Assembly: GCF_001194135.2 (NCBI RefSeq)
Contig: NC_068986.1
Span: 112,897,694 to 112,961,693 of the forward strand
Direction of reading: 5' to 3'
DNA length: 64,000 nt
DNA from: Octopus bimaculoides
Taxonomy: Eukaryota
The notes beneath the pieces are model-generated. The model worked only from the letters and a program-made list of their open reading frames with translations, was not told where the DNA came from and ran no database searches. The number at the start of each line of letters is the position of its first letter. The first letter of the stretch is position 1. Below are positions 12,966-26,632 of this stretch, one piece after another. Made by a program: the position numbers and the translations under genes.

Positions 12966-13500
12966 TTACAACCTTGAAAATGAGTCACGTAAAAAGGTGA
13001 TTTTAGGTTCCGTAGTATCTCACGATTTTAGACATTATTCTTAGGGGAGTTGGCTGCGCAACATAGCTGAGAATCTTGGCAGTGCAAAGGGAATCGTAAC
13101 TACAGCAAGAAAAATACATCACAACGTTGATAAGCAAATTTGGACATGGAGAAGTCATTTACGTAAATATTAGAGAATGCATGTACATTGTTTGTAGAAT
13201 ATGAAATAGAATATTTTGAAAAGGAGCAATTTTAGACAAACAATATTACAAAAATAATATTTATTAAACGTTCGCTGGTGACAACCTTAATTTGAAAAAT
13301 GTAACCTAATTAAAACATGAATTTTTCTAAAAATAAAAATAGCAGTAAATTTCCTAAATTTGTAATTATTTCTAATACTCTTTGTAATGAAACAAAATAT
13401 ATTTTGTATTAAAATGAAGAATCAAGTGAAATTTGAAGTTTTCACATTTTACACTCAGAAACGTGGTAGGAATCAAAGTAGCAATAATAACGACGAACGT

Positions 13501-13575
<75 letters not shown>

Positions 13576-13596
13576 TTGGTGGTGGTGGTGGTGGTG
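13501..13596 (+). repeat. (GTA)n microsatellite, about 24 units, followed by (GTG)n
   Basis: Read directly; accounts for the poly-V, poly-Y, poly-T and poly-L ORFs here. Confidence 0.97.
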
Positions 13597-14446
13597 CGGT
13601 GGCGGCGATGTCGATGGTGATGGTATCGTTGGTATAAGCAAAGAAGATGAAGAAAGCAAGGAAAAAGAGGAGGAGAAGAAAGAGGTGGAGACGAAGATAA
13701 GTAAGAAAGAACAAAAACAAGAACAAGAATTTGAAGAAGATTAATATTATGACAACATTTTATCTCTAAACACAACAAAATCAAAAGGTTGCATGATAAA
13801 TAATAGCATTATCGAAGGTCATTGAGTTTTCTTTGCCCAACTGCGTTGAAAATATGTATAATCCGATCTTTTTCAAATTCCAGTTTTGCATTTATGTATT
13901 ACTCATCCTTACAACGTTTGTCTTTTCACCTCATCCACCCTTTATTATTACCTGCAAGAATTTAAAATTGATGCTATTTTCAATGTAAGTATCTGATATC
14001 AAATTCTAAGGAGATGATAGAATGAAATTCAAGCTATGTGTTTCTACAATATTTCCAGGATATAAAGAATATAAGATACACGTTTATATTATTACGCAAT
14101 ATATGCTTTATAGTTATATAACTGCAAGTGCTTACTCTTATTTCCGCTCGAAATCCAGCTTAAAATACTTAATTTCATTTAATTACACTGTTTCGTGTGT
14201 TGTGCACGTCAGTGGGTGTAGATGTAGGCGTATATTTTGGTCGATGGAAGTGGGTGTGTGTGGGAAGGGATGAGAATGGTTCTTATTCGTTAACATGAAC
14301 AGGAGATAGATACATGCGTAGGTAACTAGAGAGGTAGATAGACAAGTAGATATATAGATAGGTAGGTGGGTAGGCAGATAGGTAGGTTAATAGGTAGGTA
14401 GGTAGGAAGGTAGGTAGGTAAATTGAGTACACGAACGCATATATGT

Positions 14447-14486
<40 letters not shown>

Positions 14487-15717
14487 AAAAGGAGATTGAG
14501 GTTGTGTTTTTGATGTATTCTTAAATGCTTACAAGTTGAGTCATCCATCTACAATACAAATGCATACCATTTCTATGCAAGCTCCGTTATAAAATCTTCA
14601 TTTCTCCTGTTTGTGTACAACAGGAAACTCAGTAAAAAGCTCACAGCCCACAGAACAACGGTTTCCACGTACACACACACAAACACAAACACACACACAC
14701 AATCAGCCAGCGCACGCACGGAACGTTAAATTCTAAGATCTAACTCAATTGCAACGTAGATAGCCTAGAGCGCTATTAAACTATGTCCTATAACAGACTT
14801 TCATGTGTATGCCTATAATGTATCCGCCTTATCGCATTTGAAATATTCCAACTCTTATACCGTAAAATATTTACCTCTTTCACTTTATAATATATTTCAA
14901 TATTTTTATGCCCAGAGAACAATGAAAAGTGAGAGGATTTATGCTTTAGGTTTAGAATAACGACTAGCATCGCCATAAGCCATACATAATAATATAGAGA
15001 TCATAGAACGAGTTACTAGGTAAAACCTATGAGCACAGGCATGTAATAATTTATGGAATTCTCTCTATGATAAAATGATTTATGATATGTTTCGTTATAT
15101 AGCGAAAGTGAGAAATGGCATGTCCTTAAGTATACTAAGATATATAATTCAAAGTGTTCGTTAAATCGAACTGGAGAATACACCTTAAAGAGAGATGAGG
15201 CAAACTCTTTCAAGTGAGGTTAGTATACATTTTTATTTGAATGAGATAAATACTTAAACAGGAGAGTATTTATACTTTAGGATTAACATGCGGTAATTTT
15301 TGAACATTAAATTCAGGAAGGCCTCACGCTTTCAACTGAGTGATGTTACGAAGTGTCCATTGAGAAAGGGTATATACTATATATTGGTAGGGTGCATTGA
15401 TCTAAGCATGATGCAGGCTATATATTTTATAGTGATATCGAGGACACACTTCCTAACTGTATACATCCTATTGAGGTTGCGTATATACATTATAGTGAGG
15501 CATAATATATATTTCAAATTAAGAGAGGACACCCGATTTAAAATGAGGAGAGAAAACAGACTATATAGTTCGACAGGTTCTTATTCAAATGCATACAAGT
15601 TATAGATTTTAAAATGACATGTTAAATATATATATATACACTCACACACACACACACGCACACACATACGCACATACATACGCGCGCGCACACACTCACA
15701 CACACACACACACACAT

Positions 15718-15775
<58 letters not shown>

Positions 15776-17637
15776 GGAGTGGGCAATATAGGATTTTGGC
15801 ACTAAATTAAGAGATGCCTACAAGCATGTGAGAATGTTATATGTGATGGCATATACATTTACAAGTTACAAACGATATATATATTGTAAATAGAGAGAAG
15901 GCGATCCTTTCAACTTTATAATGGTGATATAATTTAAATTGAAAGAGAAAGTGTGCATTTAATGTGAGATCGGGTACACGCTGATGTCCAAACATATAAA
16001 TAGATGGCTACGTATTTATCTGTTATTGTTTTTTGAATAATTCTTAGCTATATATCATTTTGAGGACAAAGAACCCTTGATGTGTATCTTCTAAGAAAAT
16101 GTCATCTAGGACCAAACCTGCGATTCAAAATTCAATGATAATTGAGATAGAGTATAGACTTTTAAGCGACAACCCGCCCCCCAAAAAAAAAACACGTTAA
16201 CGTAAGATTGTGCACATCAATGCAAGATTTGGAATATATTAGATACCGTTAGTGGTATATATTGGACAATATGAGAAGAAGAATATTTCAAGTAAGATAG
16301 AGAATGCGCATTAACGTGTGTTACAGTATTTAATTTTTAAAACGCTCTTGGTTATGTACGTTAAAACTGGGATAGGTCCTAGAATTTAAAACACCGTGCG
16401 TGTGAATTATGTGTGCGTAAAGGAGTGTGCGTGTGCACGCACTTGCATGCGTGTGTGTATGTCCGTGTGTGTATATGTATGATTGAAGGTGGCTTGTGCA
16501 AGAAGGATTTGTTCGCGGCGTGATTAAATGTATATATACTCATAGAATACAAACACGCCGAAACACATGCATATACGTATACACGTTTGTGTGTGTGTGT
16601 GTGTGTGTGCGTGTGTGTGTGTGTCAGTGTGTGCTTGTATGTGTGTATGTATAATAGTAACCGAGAGAGATGGGCATATTGCATGGAGCAATATAGTAGC
16701 TAGATTTGGGCACTTGTTCATCCATCTTATGTTTTTATTCTCCATAATCGTATTAGTCTTATTTTTTGTTTTTTATTTCAAACAAAAGAATTGTGATATA
16801 CATTATTAGGAAATTTACATTTGGGAACCTTCTAGGTCGAGTTGTGAGAAGGATGTGGTGACTAGGATGCCAAGTAGCTGGCGTTCATTGCCAAAACTTA
16901 CAACAAATAACCGTATGTTTATTGTTACGACTGATAAAATCTTCAACATTATTCTCCATGTATACACGAACATAACCTCCCTCTCCGACACATACACACA
17001 CTGTCTCACTCAAACAAATTCACCACGCACGCATATAATTTGGTTGATGTGAGCTGGATAACAAGCACACACAGACTAACACACATATCATCAATATATG
17101 TGTATGTATATATATATATATGTCTCTCTATCTCTCCATATAGAGAGAGATATAGTGACAGACAGCTAGATATTTACACGCATACACAAACATACATACT
17201 ATACCATGCATACTGTGGTGTTGAACAATATTTGTCAGGATAGTATTTTATCGCTGTCAGATTTTGGTAGAACGATTAATAATAGTAAACATATTTTTAG
17301 TTTGTGAATGTCTCAAAACTACTTGTTATCTTCTATTTTACTGAGAATTTTTTTTACACTTCTCAGAGTCCAACTGGCAAATTGTTCATCTGACGTAACC
17401 CCTGACCGACTACAGTGATGTATTTCAAAGCGATATTACAAGAAAATGCAAACTACCTTAAGCAAATCTAAATAACCACATAGACTTAGTCATTCTTACA
17501 TTGTTCCATATTCACCTGCTGTTGTTCAAAAGCGTTCTTTCCCAATCGATGCAGTCGCAAATATAACTTCGCATTATATTATAGATGGCGCCCGATAACA
17601 GTTCCTACTGCAGGGTATATAGCTCTGCATTCTAATG

Positions 17638-17696
<59 letters not shown>

Positions 17697-17854
17697 GTGT
17701 GCGTGTGTGTTTGTGTATAAATCTATATAAAGTATGTTTGTGTTTGTACATATACATATATACATATATATAATATATAATATATAATATATATGCTTGT
17801 GTTTGTGTGTGTGTATGTATATATATATATATATACATATGTGTATGTGTTTGT

Positions 17855-18050
17855 TCATCTCCCCCACCGTTTGACAAGCGATGTTGATTAGCTTACCTCT
17901 CGGTAAGTATAGGTTCGTCAAAATCCGACCGGAAGAATAAGAACCAGGCTCCGAATGCAAATAACTGGGGTCGATTCATTCGACGAAAAACTTGCAGCGC
18001 TTTGCCCCAGCAGCTTTTACATCTGATGATTGAAGCAATTAAAATATAAC
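17855..18050 (+). mobile_element. SINE family C, 3' half (diverged)
   Basis: ccccaccgtttgacaagcgatgttg ... aataactggggtcgattcattcgac resembles 43862-44045 and follows a compound microsatellite. Confidence 0.6.
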
Positions 18051-18061
18051 ACATATATGTA

Positions 18062-18095
<34 letters not shown>

Positions 18096-18671
18096 NNNNN
18101 NNNNNNNNNNNNNNNNNNNNNNNNNNNNNNNNNNNNNNNNNNNNNNNNNNNNNNNNNNNNNNNNNNNNNNNNNNNNNNNNNNNNNNNNNNNNNNNNNNNN
18201 NNNNNNNNNNNNNNNNNNNNNNNNNNNNNNNNNNNNNNNNNNNNNNNNNNNNNNNNNNNNNNNNNNNNNNNNNNNNNNNNNNNNNNNNNNNNNNNNNNNN
18301 NNNNNNNNNNNNNNNNNNNNNNNNNNNNNNNNNATATATATATATATATATATAACCCAATGATAATAAGTAGACAAATAAATTAATTAACATATCTTTA
18401 ACAATTCGTTACAACTGGTTTTGCAGCAGCCCTATTTCCAGCGCAAGTTTACGTAAAAGTTCGAAGTGAAAATGTACGTAATGTTTGCGGTTTGAGCCAT
18501 TAGAGAGGCATTGCATGAGAATTATGTGAACGGTGTGCTGCCACAGATTGTGTGTCTTGCAGACCTTGTGTTTTTGGTTTGTATCGAGAGGAAAAACAAA
18601 ATAAGTTAACAAAAGGATTTCCATGAGAGTAGTAAGTAGGGTAGAGATTATGTAGTGGGTGAGGAAATAAA

Positions 18672-18880
18672 GTGGAAGAATACGATGAAGAAGGAGGAGG
18701 TGGAGGAGGAGTGGAGGAGAAAGAAGATAAGGAGAAGAATAGGAGAAGGAAGAAGAGGAGGAGAAGGAAGAAGATGAGGGGAAGGAAGAAGTGGAGGAGA
18801 AGGAAGAAGAGGAGGAGAAGGAAGAAGAGGAGAAGGAAGAAGAGAAGGAAGAAGAGGAGAGGAAAGAAGGGGAGGCAGGA
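18672..18880 (+). repeat. Purine-rich degenerate (GAA/GAG)n repeat
   Basis: Reiterated gaggagaaggaagaa units. Confidence 0.9.
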
Positions 18881-19097
18881 AATCAAGCAGAATGAATGAA
18901 TCGACTCCCAGTACTCCTTTTTCAAGTGTGGTACGTATTCTAACGTTCTGTTTGCTGAACCGCAAAGTTATGTGAACTCAAACGCACCAACACCAGTTAT
19001 CAAGCGGTGGTGGCGAGGACAAACGCAGACAAAAAGACGCACACACATAGATATATGCATACATACATGCATACATAATTACATACATACATACAAT

Positions 19098-19131
<34 letters not shown>

Positions 19132-20018
19132 TATATATGTATGTACATATGTGTGTATGTTTATATATATTTACATATGTACATATGTACTCACAGACAA
19201 TCATTTTTTTCTGTGCGTGAGAACAGATACATGAATATGAAGAAACTCTTCATCTGATCTTTTTATTGAACTGTGAATAAATATAGATTCTGTATGTTGT
19301 ATTAAGAGATACGTCGATGCAGTTTTCAAGCAGAGGATATCTCAGTTTGACTTGCACTTTAAACTAACGTTTACACAAGTGACTACTATTTTATTTTACG
19401 CGCTGTACACAAACTCATTCCACTGGGAAGAATATTAGAATGTTCAGACGCAATTCTTAAAGATTTACTCACACATTTTCTAGCTTATTTGCTTCTGAAT
19501 TCGCCAATAACAATTGTCCATTGTTAAGTCAATAAAAGTTTCAAATTGTGAATCAGAGGACTTGTTATAGAACAAATGCCTATGGAGATCATGGAAAACA
19601 TGGCCGTTTATTAATGGCACTCTAACAGCGTCTGGGCTTTGTATACAGCTTCTTAAGTCAATAGTAGGTGTTTGCATTTGACCACTTGGAATTAACTGAA
19701 AGACTTCAACCTGTATATTTATTGGTTATTTCACTGAAGATTCGCTGTTTACAAAAATAGGTTGAACAATGCCTCCTCGAAATTCTTATGAAATTCCGTT
19801 TGCAATATAAACTCAAATAGAATATAATAAGTAGATTCAAAATTTGAAACGACTCTGTGGTAAAGGCTGCGTACATTCTTGTATGTTTAAGTTGTAAGTT
19901 CAAATCCAGCCGAAGCAGATTTGTCTTACCTTCATATGGTGTTATTAAAATTTAATCCTTTTGAAAAACGAGGGGTAATTTAATCCAGTAAATCTTCTCC
20001 AAGTTAGAGTTTTTTTTT

Positions 20019-20054
<36 letters not shown>

Positions 20055-20223
20055 ACTTTGCTGGAAAACATTTCTTGCAGTTTATGGAAATATAGGAGAA
20101 CAATCTCACAAGGTTCAAAATAAAGCTACAGAAGTTACACGATTATTTCTACTGTATGTATTAGGATTTGCGTTCTCTTCCCGAGAACACATTTTCAGCC
20201 ATACTTCGCTCCGGACGGATTTG

Positions 20224-20302
20224 TATGTATAATAATATGTATAATAATATGTATAATAATATGTATAATAATATGTATAATAATATGTATAATAATATGT
20301 AT
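20224..20302 (+). repeat. 12-bp minisatellite (TATGTATAATAA) x6
   Basis: Six perfect tandem units, translating as NNMY repeats. Confidence 0.95.
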
Positions 20303-20685
20303 GAAACCAAAAGTGTGTGTACGGTATATGTGTTACGTATCCATGATGTATGTGTATGGATGGAGGGATGGATGAATGGATGGATGTCGTTTCCGTTGTT
20401 GAATTTTCACTTCCACAATTAGTAGAAATTAATTTTATACTCATTGAATTGACGTGTAAATAGCCAAGCTTTCGAAAGACGTGTACTGTTAAAGTATTTT
20501 TGAGGCAGATTCAGTGCGAGACTGTGTACCAAGTCGGTGCTTTTCAATTAGATGTAGAATCAATCCGACGTGTTTGTACATGTTTTCCCTCTGCTTAAAA
20601 GTTATGGAATAAAACAACACAGAAAATCATATTAGCTGTGATGTATTGATATCTATCTTATTTTCTGGGTTTTACGAGAATTGTG

Positions 20686-20890
20686 GGGCGGCGAGCTGGT
20701 AGAATCGTTGAACACACCAGGTGAAAGGATACACTTTATTTCGCCCATCTTTACGTTTAGTTGAAATTGCGTTGAGGTCGACTATACATTTTATGCTTTC
20801 GGGTTGATAAAATAAGTACCAGTTAATCACTGGGGTTAATATGACCAACTTAACTACTCTTGGGTTGGTTAGATTATAAAAAAAAAACTG
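20686..20890 (+). mobile_element. SINE family B copy
   Basis: ggcggcgagctggtagaatcgtt ... gaggtcgact ... gataaaataagtaccagtt. Confidence 0.85.
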
Positions 20891-21044
20891 TAGCCCTCTA
20901 CTAAACCATATCGAGCCAGTGTGGCACAGTCTACCCCAGTATAATTCCAAGGTCAAATTTATTGCCTCCACTTCAAGCTGTGATTGATGGGGAGAATATG
21001 GTTAGGGTTTCGTCTGACAGTGGACTGAATACATGCAATCCAAT

Positions 21045-21324
21045 ACATTGTTTACATTATTTATATTTGACGGATATTTGTTTTCATCTTGGTTGTTGTT
21101 GACACAACCTTTCGGCTGATATACCCACCCTCTAGCTTTCATCAGGTGTCTTGGGGAAATTTCGAACCTGGGCTCTCATTCCTAAGGTATATTTCGATGT
21201 TACTATTATTATTATTATTATTATTAATATTATTAGTATTATTATTATTCAGGTGACTGCCTGGGATCGAACTCGGAATGTTAGGGTTAGTAGCCCGCGC
21301 TCATAACCACTACGCCATATGCCC
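21045..21324 (-). mobile_element. tRNA-headed SINE (family H) with internal (AAT)n and a hammerhead-like 3' part
   Basis: The minus strand begins gggcatatggcgtagtggtt (A-box TGGCGTAGTGG), has B-box gagttcgatcc, then (AAT)n, then a body shared with 1341-1484. Confidence 0.9.
21101..21150 (-). ncRNA. Minimal type I hammerhead ribozyme motif
   Basis: gacac-CTGATGA-a-agcta(loop)cagcc-GAAA-ggtt-gtgtc. Perfect 5-bp stem I, intact CUGAUGA and GAAA, candidate GUU cleavage triplet; stem II is imperfect and stem III essentially absent. Confidence 0.65.
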
Positions 21325-22969
21325 AAGCCATGAGAATTGTAATTGTACCTTCTTAATTAATAGTTGCCTTTCTATGTTTTTAGATCCTAGAATCTCCAGC
21401 TTAATGATTGAGATATCGATGAGATGCATCACGTATGAATTATTTCATCAGTTGCCTTCGAGCAACGCTATCAAGGGGTCTCATTATGTTGACTCATTAT
21501 CTCGCCAATGAAATCCACAATCAGAGACATTCATGAATCTTACTGTCTCCAGTTATGAGACTCATTGGGTCGTTTACTTGGGTCTCATTCTGTATCAGTG
21601 ACCGAAATCTCCATATTTAACTAAACGGGAAACGCAGAACCTTCACCGAACGCTAACAGCAAGGTAAACTCCTGTATGTGGCTTCATAATACATCTCTTA
21701 AGGATAAAATGAGTGTCGGATGAAATTTGTAAGCCTTAAGTAGTTTAGATCAGACTTTTGTATGTCTTGGTTGGTGAACCCAAGGCTATTTGTAAAAATA
21801 TTTGTCCATGGTACGACGTATGTGCTATTGAGCATAGAACAACATGATTGTGAATGAAAAAAACATCTGAAGTCGTACAGACGCGCCATCGGGTTATAAA
21901 AATCCTAATTGAAATATTTATACAGATCATAATGACCTTGCGTACTTAGCAAATGCTTTCGTCATATCATTACTTAAATATCAACAGATTTTGAAGATGA
22001 ATTTGGGACGTAAATATTCTAGAAAACAAATTAAAAGAAACCATACGAAGACACGAAATATCATTTGATAATAAAAGGTAAAACTATGAACATGGCCGTC
22101 TTTCTTCATGCACCATATCGAAAATTAAACTTAATCCTTATACATGGTACGACAAGGTTGATGGTTATATATTTGAAAATTACTGACGTAAAACGAGACT
22201 AAAATGAAACATTAGTTATAAAATTGTCTACGTGATTCAGTTGAGAGATTTCATACCTGTAATACCTGTAATTGGTTAATTCATTAAGCTGTGTTCTCCC
22301 CGTTTCGAAAGATTGGCTTTTTGCCTAAGTAGGAATCTTACATTATTTGATACTCTCATCTCTTAATTACTATTGGTCAGGGTAAATAATGTTGCACAGT
22401 TCAATATTTAATTTGCATTCGCTCTTTCAATGGAATAGCCTGACAATAAATCCTATACATTCTCTTTGTAATGTGGAATTTAATTATTATTAGCGATAAT
22501 ATTTCCAACATATCTTTAGGATACTAGAAATTATAGGAAGCCGACAAGCGCGATATTCAATACCACTGGACTTTATAAGAAATCTACCTTAAAGGCAATC
22601 AAAGCAAGCTAAATTAATACGCTGTATTAAGTGAAAAAGGGGGTAGTATTGAAACATCATCATAAACTGTAGCTATCCATATTAAATTTATAGGAAAACA
22701 AACTGCAATGGTCAGGCCAGACAAATATAAATGATGGATGACGCTCTCAGTTGGGAGAGAGTCGCTCGAAGATCCTTTCTCACTACACAGCCATGCGCAG
22801 TCATATATCGGGTGAAATCTCCTCACTAACATCCTTTAACCTTTCCAAATGATGTTTTTTTTTCTTCCGTTATCATTCCTTTTGTCTCCGATACAAAATT
22901 GCATTTCTTGCTTCCAACAAATTCAGGGAATTGTCGACAAAAGAATTACAAGCTACTAAACTCGTTGAA

Positions 22970-23135
22970 GATGGCTTGCTGGCAGAATCATTAGCACGTC
23001 GGACAAAATGCTTAACTCTATTTTTTCGGCACTTAGTTCGAATCCAGCTGAGGCTAACTTTACCTTTCCTCCTGTCGGGGTCGATAAACTAAAGTACCAC
23101 TCAAGTACCACTCAAGCACTCTGGTCGATGTAACT
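22970..23135 (+). mobile_element. SINE family B copy
   Basis: gctggcagaatcattagcacgtcggacaaaatgctt ... ggggtcgataaactaaagtacc. Confidence 0.8.
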
Positions 23136-26059
23136 TTCACTCTAAACGGCTATTCTTGAACCATGCAACAGACAGGTGCTCCATTCAGAGGTCATGTCAT
23201 GACCTCGGTCACTTGTATGTTATGGAAACCCGAGAACCGGCGTTATGGGGCTTGGGGCTCCTGGAGAGAAAAAATAAAGGAATTATAGATACAGTGATAG
23301 TGTGAGTCGATTACGAAAGGAAATTAAACGACAGGGTTAGATTACAAAATAGAATGCCAACATAATTTTCTGGATATTAGATTATTATATACAAAGGCAA
23401 TTTACAAGAGGAATAAAAATAACGAAGCCTAGTAATTGACTCTACAATGACCTGAAGAAACAAAATGAGAATTCATATTGGATACAATCCTCTCCCTAAA
23501 ATTATTTGATGTTTTAGTTTCCTTTCTCTTTTCTTTTCTTTTTCTTCTTTCCACATTTTTCATACAAAATGTCCCATACACCTTTCTGCTAATAACACCA
23601 GATTCATAGTTGTTTTCATCTATAAAACTGATTAGTTTGTCCCCTTCTTCCGCACTACGACAGCCTCGAAAGCCCAGCGATCTGTCATGGATATTGCTTT
23701 AACTCTTGACTGCTTTAAAATAAAAAGAGGGAAACAGAATAGGTTGTGTGAAGATGAACAAACGTGTCAAGTGAATTACAAACAAACAAATATAATACTT
23801 AAAGAGAAATGTTGAATGATGTTAGCGACAGGTTGTTACCCTGTAAAATATATCTACAACTATGCTTTGCTTTCCTGGAGATCATTGCTAAAATGTTACT
23901 CTTAACATTTGTACTCATTTCAATTGTAATTTTATTATACGATAATGGTTTCATGAACGAATCAGCAATTGATAAATGAATTTACATTTTAGCACTTTGT
24001 AGTTTGGTTCTATAAAAATCAAATAAATAAATGCTTTCACAAAGTCCCACCTGTAACTATCAATGCAGTTGTTTCAAATATCCTTGTTCTCTGTTCCCTG
24101 ATGAAACTTTCCACTGATTTTAACCATAGATATCAGATTTGCTTAAAATGCCATTGCCTGTCCAAGAATATTACATGACAAGTGAACATTACTTACAACA
24201 ATTAAGCTCCGTTCGTCAAACGATTTCCCTCTCTGTTCATACTCCATAGTTTTCTTTTTAACTTTATAGAACTTTACGTCATTCATTTGACTTTAGAATT
24301 TGCTGTTTATGCAAATCTATCGTTATTTTACAATGTAAATACACACACGCACATACATGCACACACACATTAGTGTATTACCAGTAGGAAAATGACAGGA
24401 TTCATTTGAATACCGAATACATTATGCAAATTCTAGTTTGAACTATTTCCATAAATAATGCCTTAATTAAAAATTTGTTTGCGTAGGTACTTGATTCTCG
24501 TTTTTAATATCAAGCTTGCTCGATTTTACGTTCTGCCTCAACTTAATTACAGTTGGTCATGACTGAACTAATACTACAGCAGAAACAAATTTATAACATT
24601 ACAAATTCGATCTTCTGATAAGAGTGTTGCCATTGTAAATGTGTCAAAAACTACATAAATTCTTTTGAGTAAGAAAAGTAAATTTGCATCTTTTCGATTT
24701 CAATCAACGTTAAGCGTGCAATTCTTTAATGGCCCGAGTAAGCACGGATGGTTACTGTAAGCATGGATAAATGAACGTACAGTTCGTGCAGCGAGAAAGC
24801 GTTAAGGAGACATTAAATAGTTCAATACATGGATTAAGATTTCGAGACAACATTCTTATGGGCATTTAGTTTAGTTCGTGTCCACAAAGCTTTCATGAAA
24901 CATATTGTTTATTCGAAGACTCGAAAGAAAAACTTTTTGTCATATACTTATTTTCAACCAGTATTTTACACTTTGAAAAACAAAAGGAAACAATAATAAA
25001 CACTGGAGATGTAACAAAACATTTACTGTGGAACACCAGGACATTCTGTTTTGTTTTGGGGATTAATTTTGTTGAATATTTGATGAAGTGAAGTAGTTGT
25101 GACGTCAACAGCTTTGCCGTATATTCCTTCAGTCATTTCCTTTAACCATCATTTCACATGGAATTCCTAATCTAATTGCATCCATTGTTGCATCATTTCC
25201 AGTGTTCCATCACTAATTTAAAAATGCCACTTCAGGAATACATGTTGTCTTGCTGCTCTCATGTTTCCAAGGAAACTAAAATGTTCCACAAGCCAAGCAT
25301 CAGGTGATTATCTGGTGCATGGGAAGACGACTTCTGCATTTGAACCTCTTGAAATCGAATGCCCTGTTTCATATAAATTTCCTTCAGAAAAATATATTTG
25401 CATGCAAACCATTTGTTATTGCCTTTATCTCATTTAGGAACTTGGTAATCTCTCTGAGATAATAGCATGAACTCTTCCTTGAAAATAAGGAAATATGCCT
25501 GGGGATACATTTCGAGTAAGGTGAAATAATTTTAATGAAAAATCTGTAGGATTCTAATATGAACTGAAACATTGAAATCCGTTCGGTGGCCCTTCATTAT
25601 GTCATAAATCTGCTGCTGCTGCTACTATATTTGTGGTTGCGTAGGGGGCAACAAATTTGTTCTGCTTGCCTAAAGTAAGCAAATGTGAAAAAGCAATTTG
25701 CCGGATTCTCCAAGATACATGAATGGAAGAGCAAGTATGATCAAATTATGCTGCTGTTTCTATGGATCTAAGCTTCATCTGGTTCAAGTTTCTCATTACA
25801 TCATGAAAATACGATGCTTTTCCCTTCTCGCGTAGTTAATATAGTGTTTGCCTTTATGACAGCAGTTAATGCAGTGTCTCGCTAAGGGATGATTTCATAC
25901 ACAACATTTCACCTTAGCAACATAGGAAACTTACAAGAATGACGCAGTAAATATATATAGATAATTATATCTCTGATTTTATTTCCAGACCTGGCATTTC
26001 TTCTATTTCTAATATTTGCAACAACCAAGAAGAAAACTATAACTAGATGTTCGAATCAC

Positions 26060-26063
<4 letters not shown>

Positions 26064-26127
<64 letters not shown>

Positions 26128-26241
26128 CTCTCTCTCTCTCGCCCTCCCGGTCTTTCTCTCTTTCTCTCGGTACATATATATACGTGAGTGTGTGTGTGTG
26201 TGCGTGTGTGTGTGTGTGTGCGTGTGTGTGTGTATGTGCGT

Positions 26242-26283
<42 letters not shown>

Positions 26284-26293
26284 GTGCGTGTGT
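26064..26293 (+). repeat. Compound (TCTA)n / (TC)n / (TG)n microsatellite
   Basis: Read directly. Confidence 0.95.
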
Positions 26294-26632
26294 GCGGTGA
26301 TGACTTAGTGCTTAGAGCGTCGAGCTCTTAAACATTAAGTAGTCCTTTCCGATTTCCTGACCAGGCTGTTTGTTGTGTTCTTAAGTAAAACATATCATTT
26401 CACGATGTTCCAATTCACTCAGCTGTAGAAATGGGTTGCCATGTCACTGGTGCTAAGCTGTATCGGTCCCTTCTTTGACTTATGCTTGGAAAACATCGGG
26501 GCGTGGAGAGAGGAGGAAGTTGGTGTGCATAACCGACTGCTTGTCTTCCACAAAATCTTTACCCACACTTGGGCCTCGGCGAGGAAGTTTCTAGGTGGAA
26601 TCACATGGTCATTCATGATCTAATTGGGGCCT
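26294..26632 (+). mobile_element. tRNA-derived SINE, family D, with a different 3' tail
   Basis: Decayed tRNA head, core gtgttcttaagtaaaacat..tttcacg..ttccaattcactcagctgtagaaatgggt, then tail ggaagtttctaggtggaatcacatggtcattcatg. Confidence 0.65.

Noticed and set aside
18672-18899. Arg/Lys-rich protamine-like ORF
   Set aside because: It is a translation of a degenerate GAA/GAG purine tract, with no gene context.
21250-21324. Apparent tRNA gene (also the heads at 43560, 5048 and 26294)
   Set aside because: A and B boxes are present but there is no proper acceptor stem, and each is fused to a SINE body.
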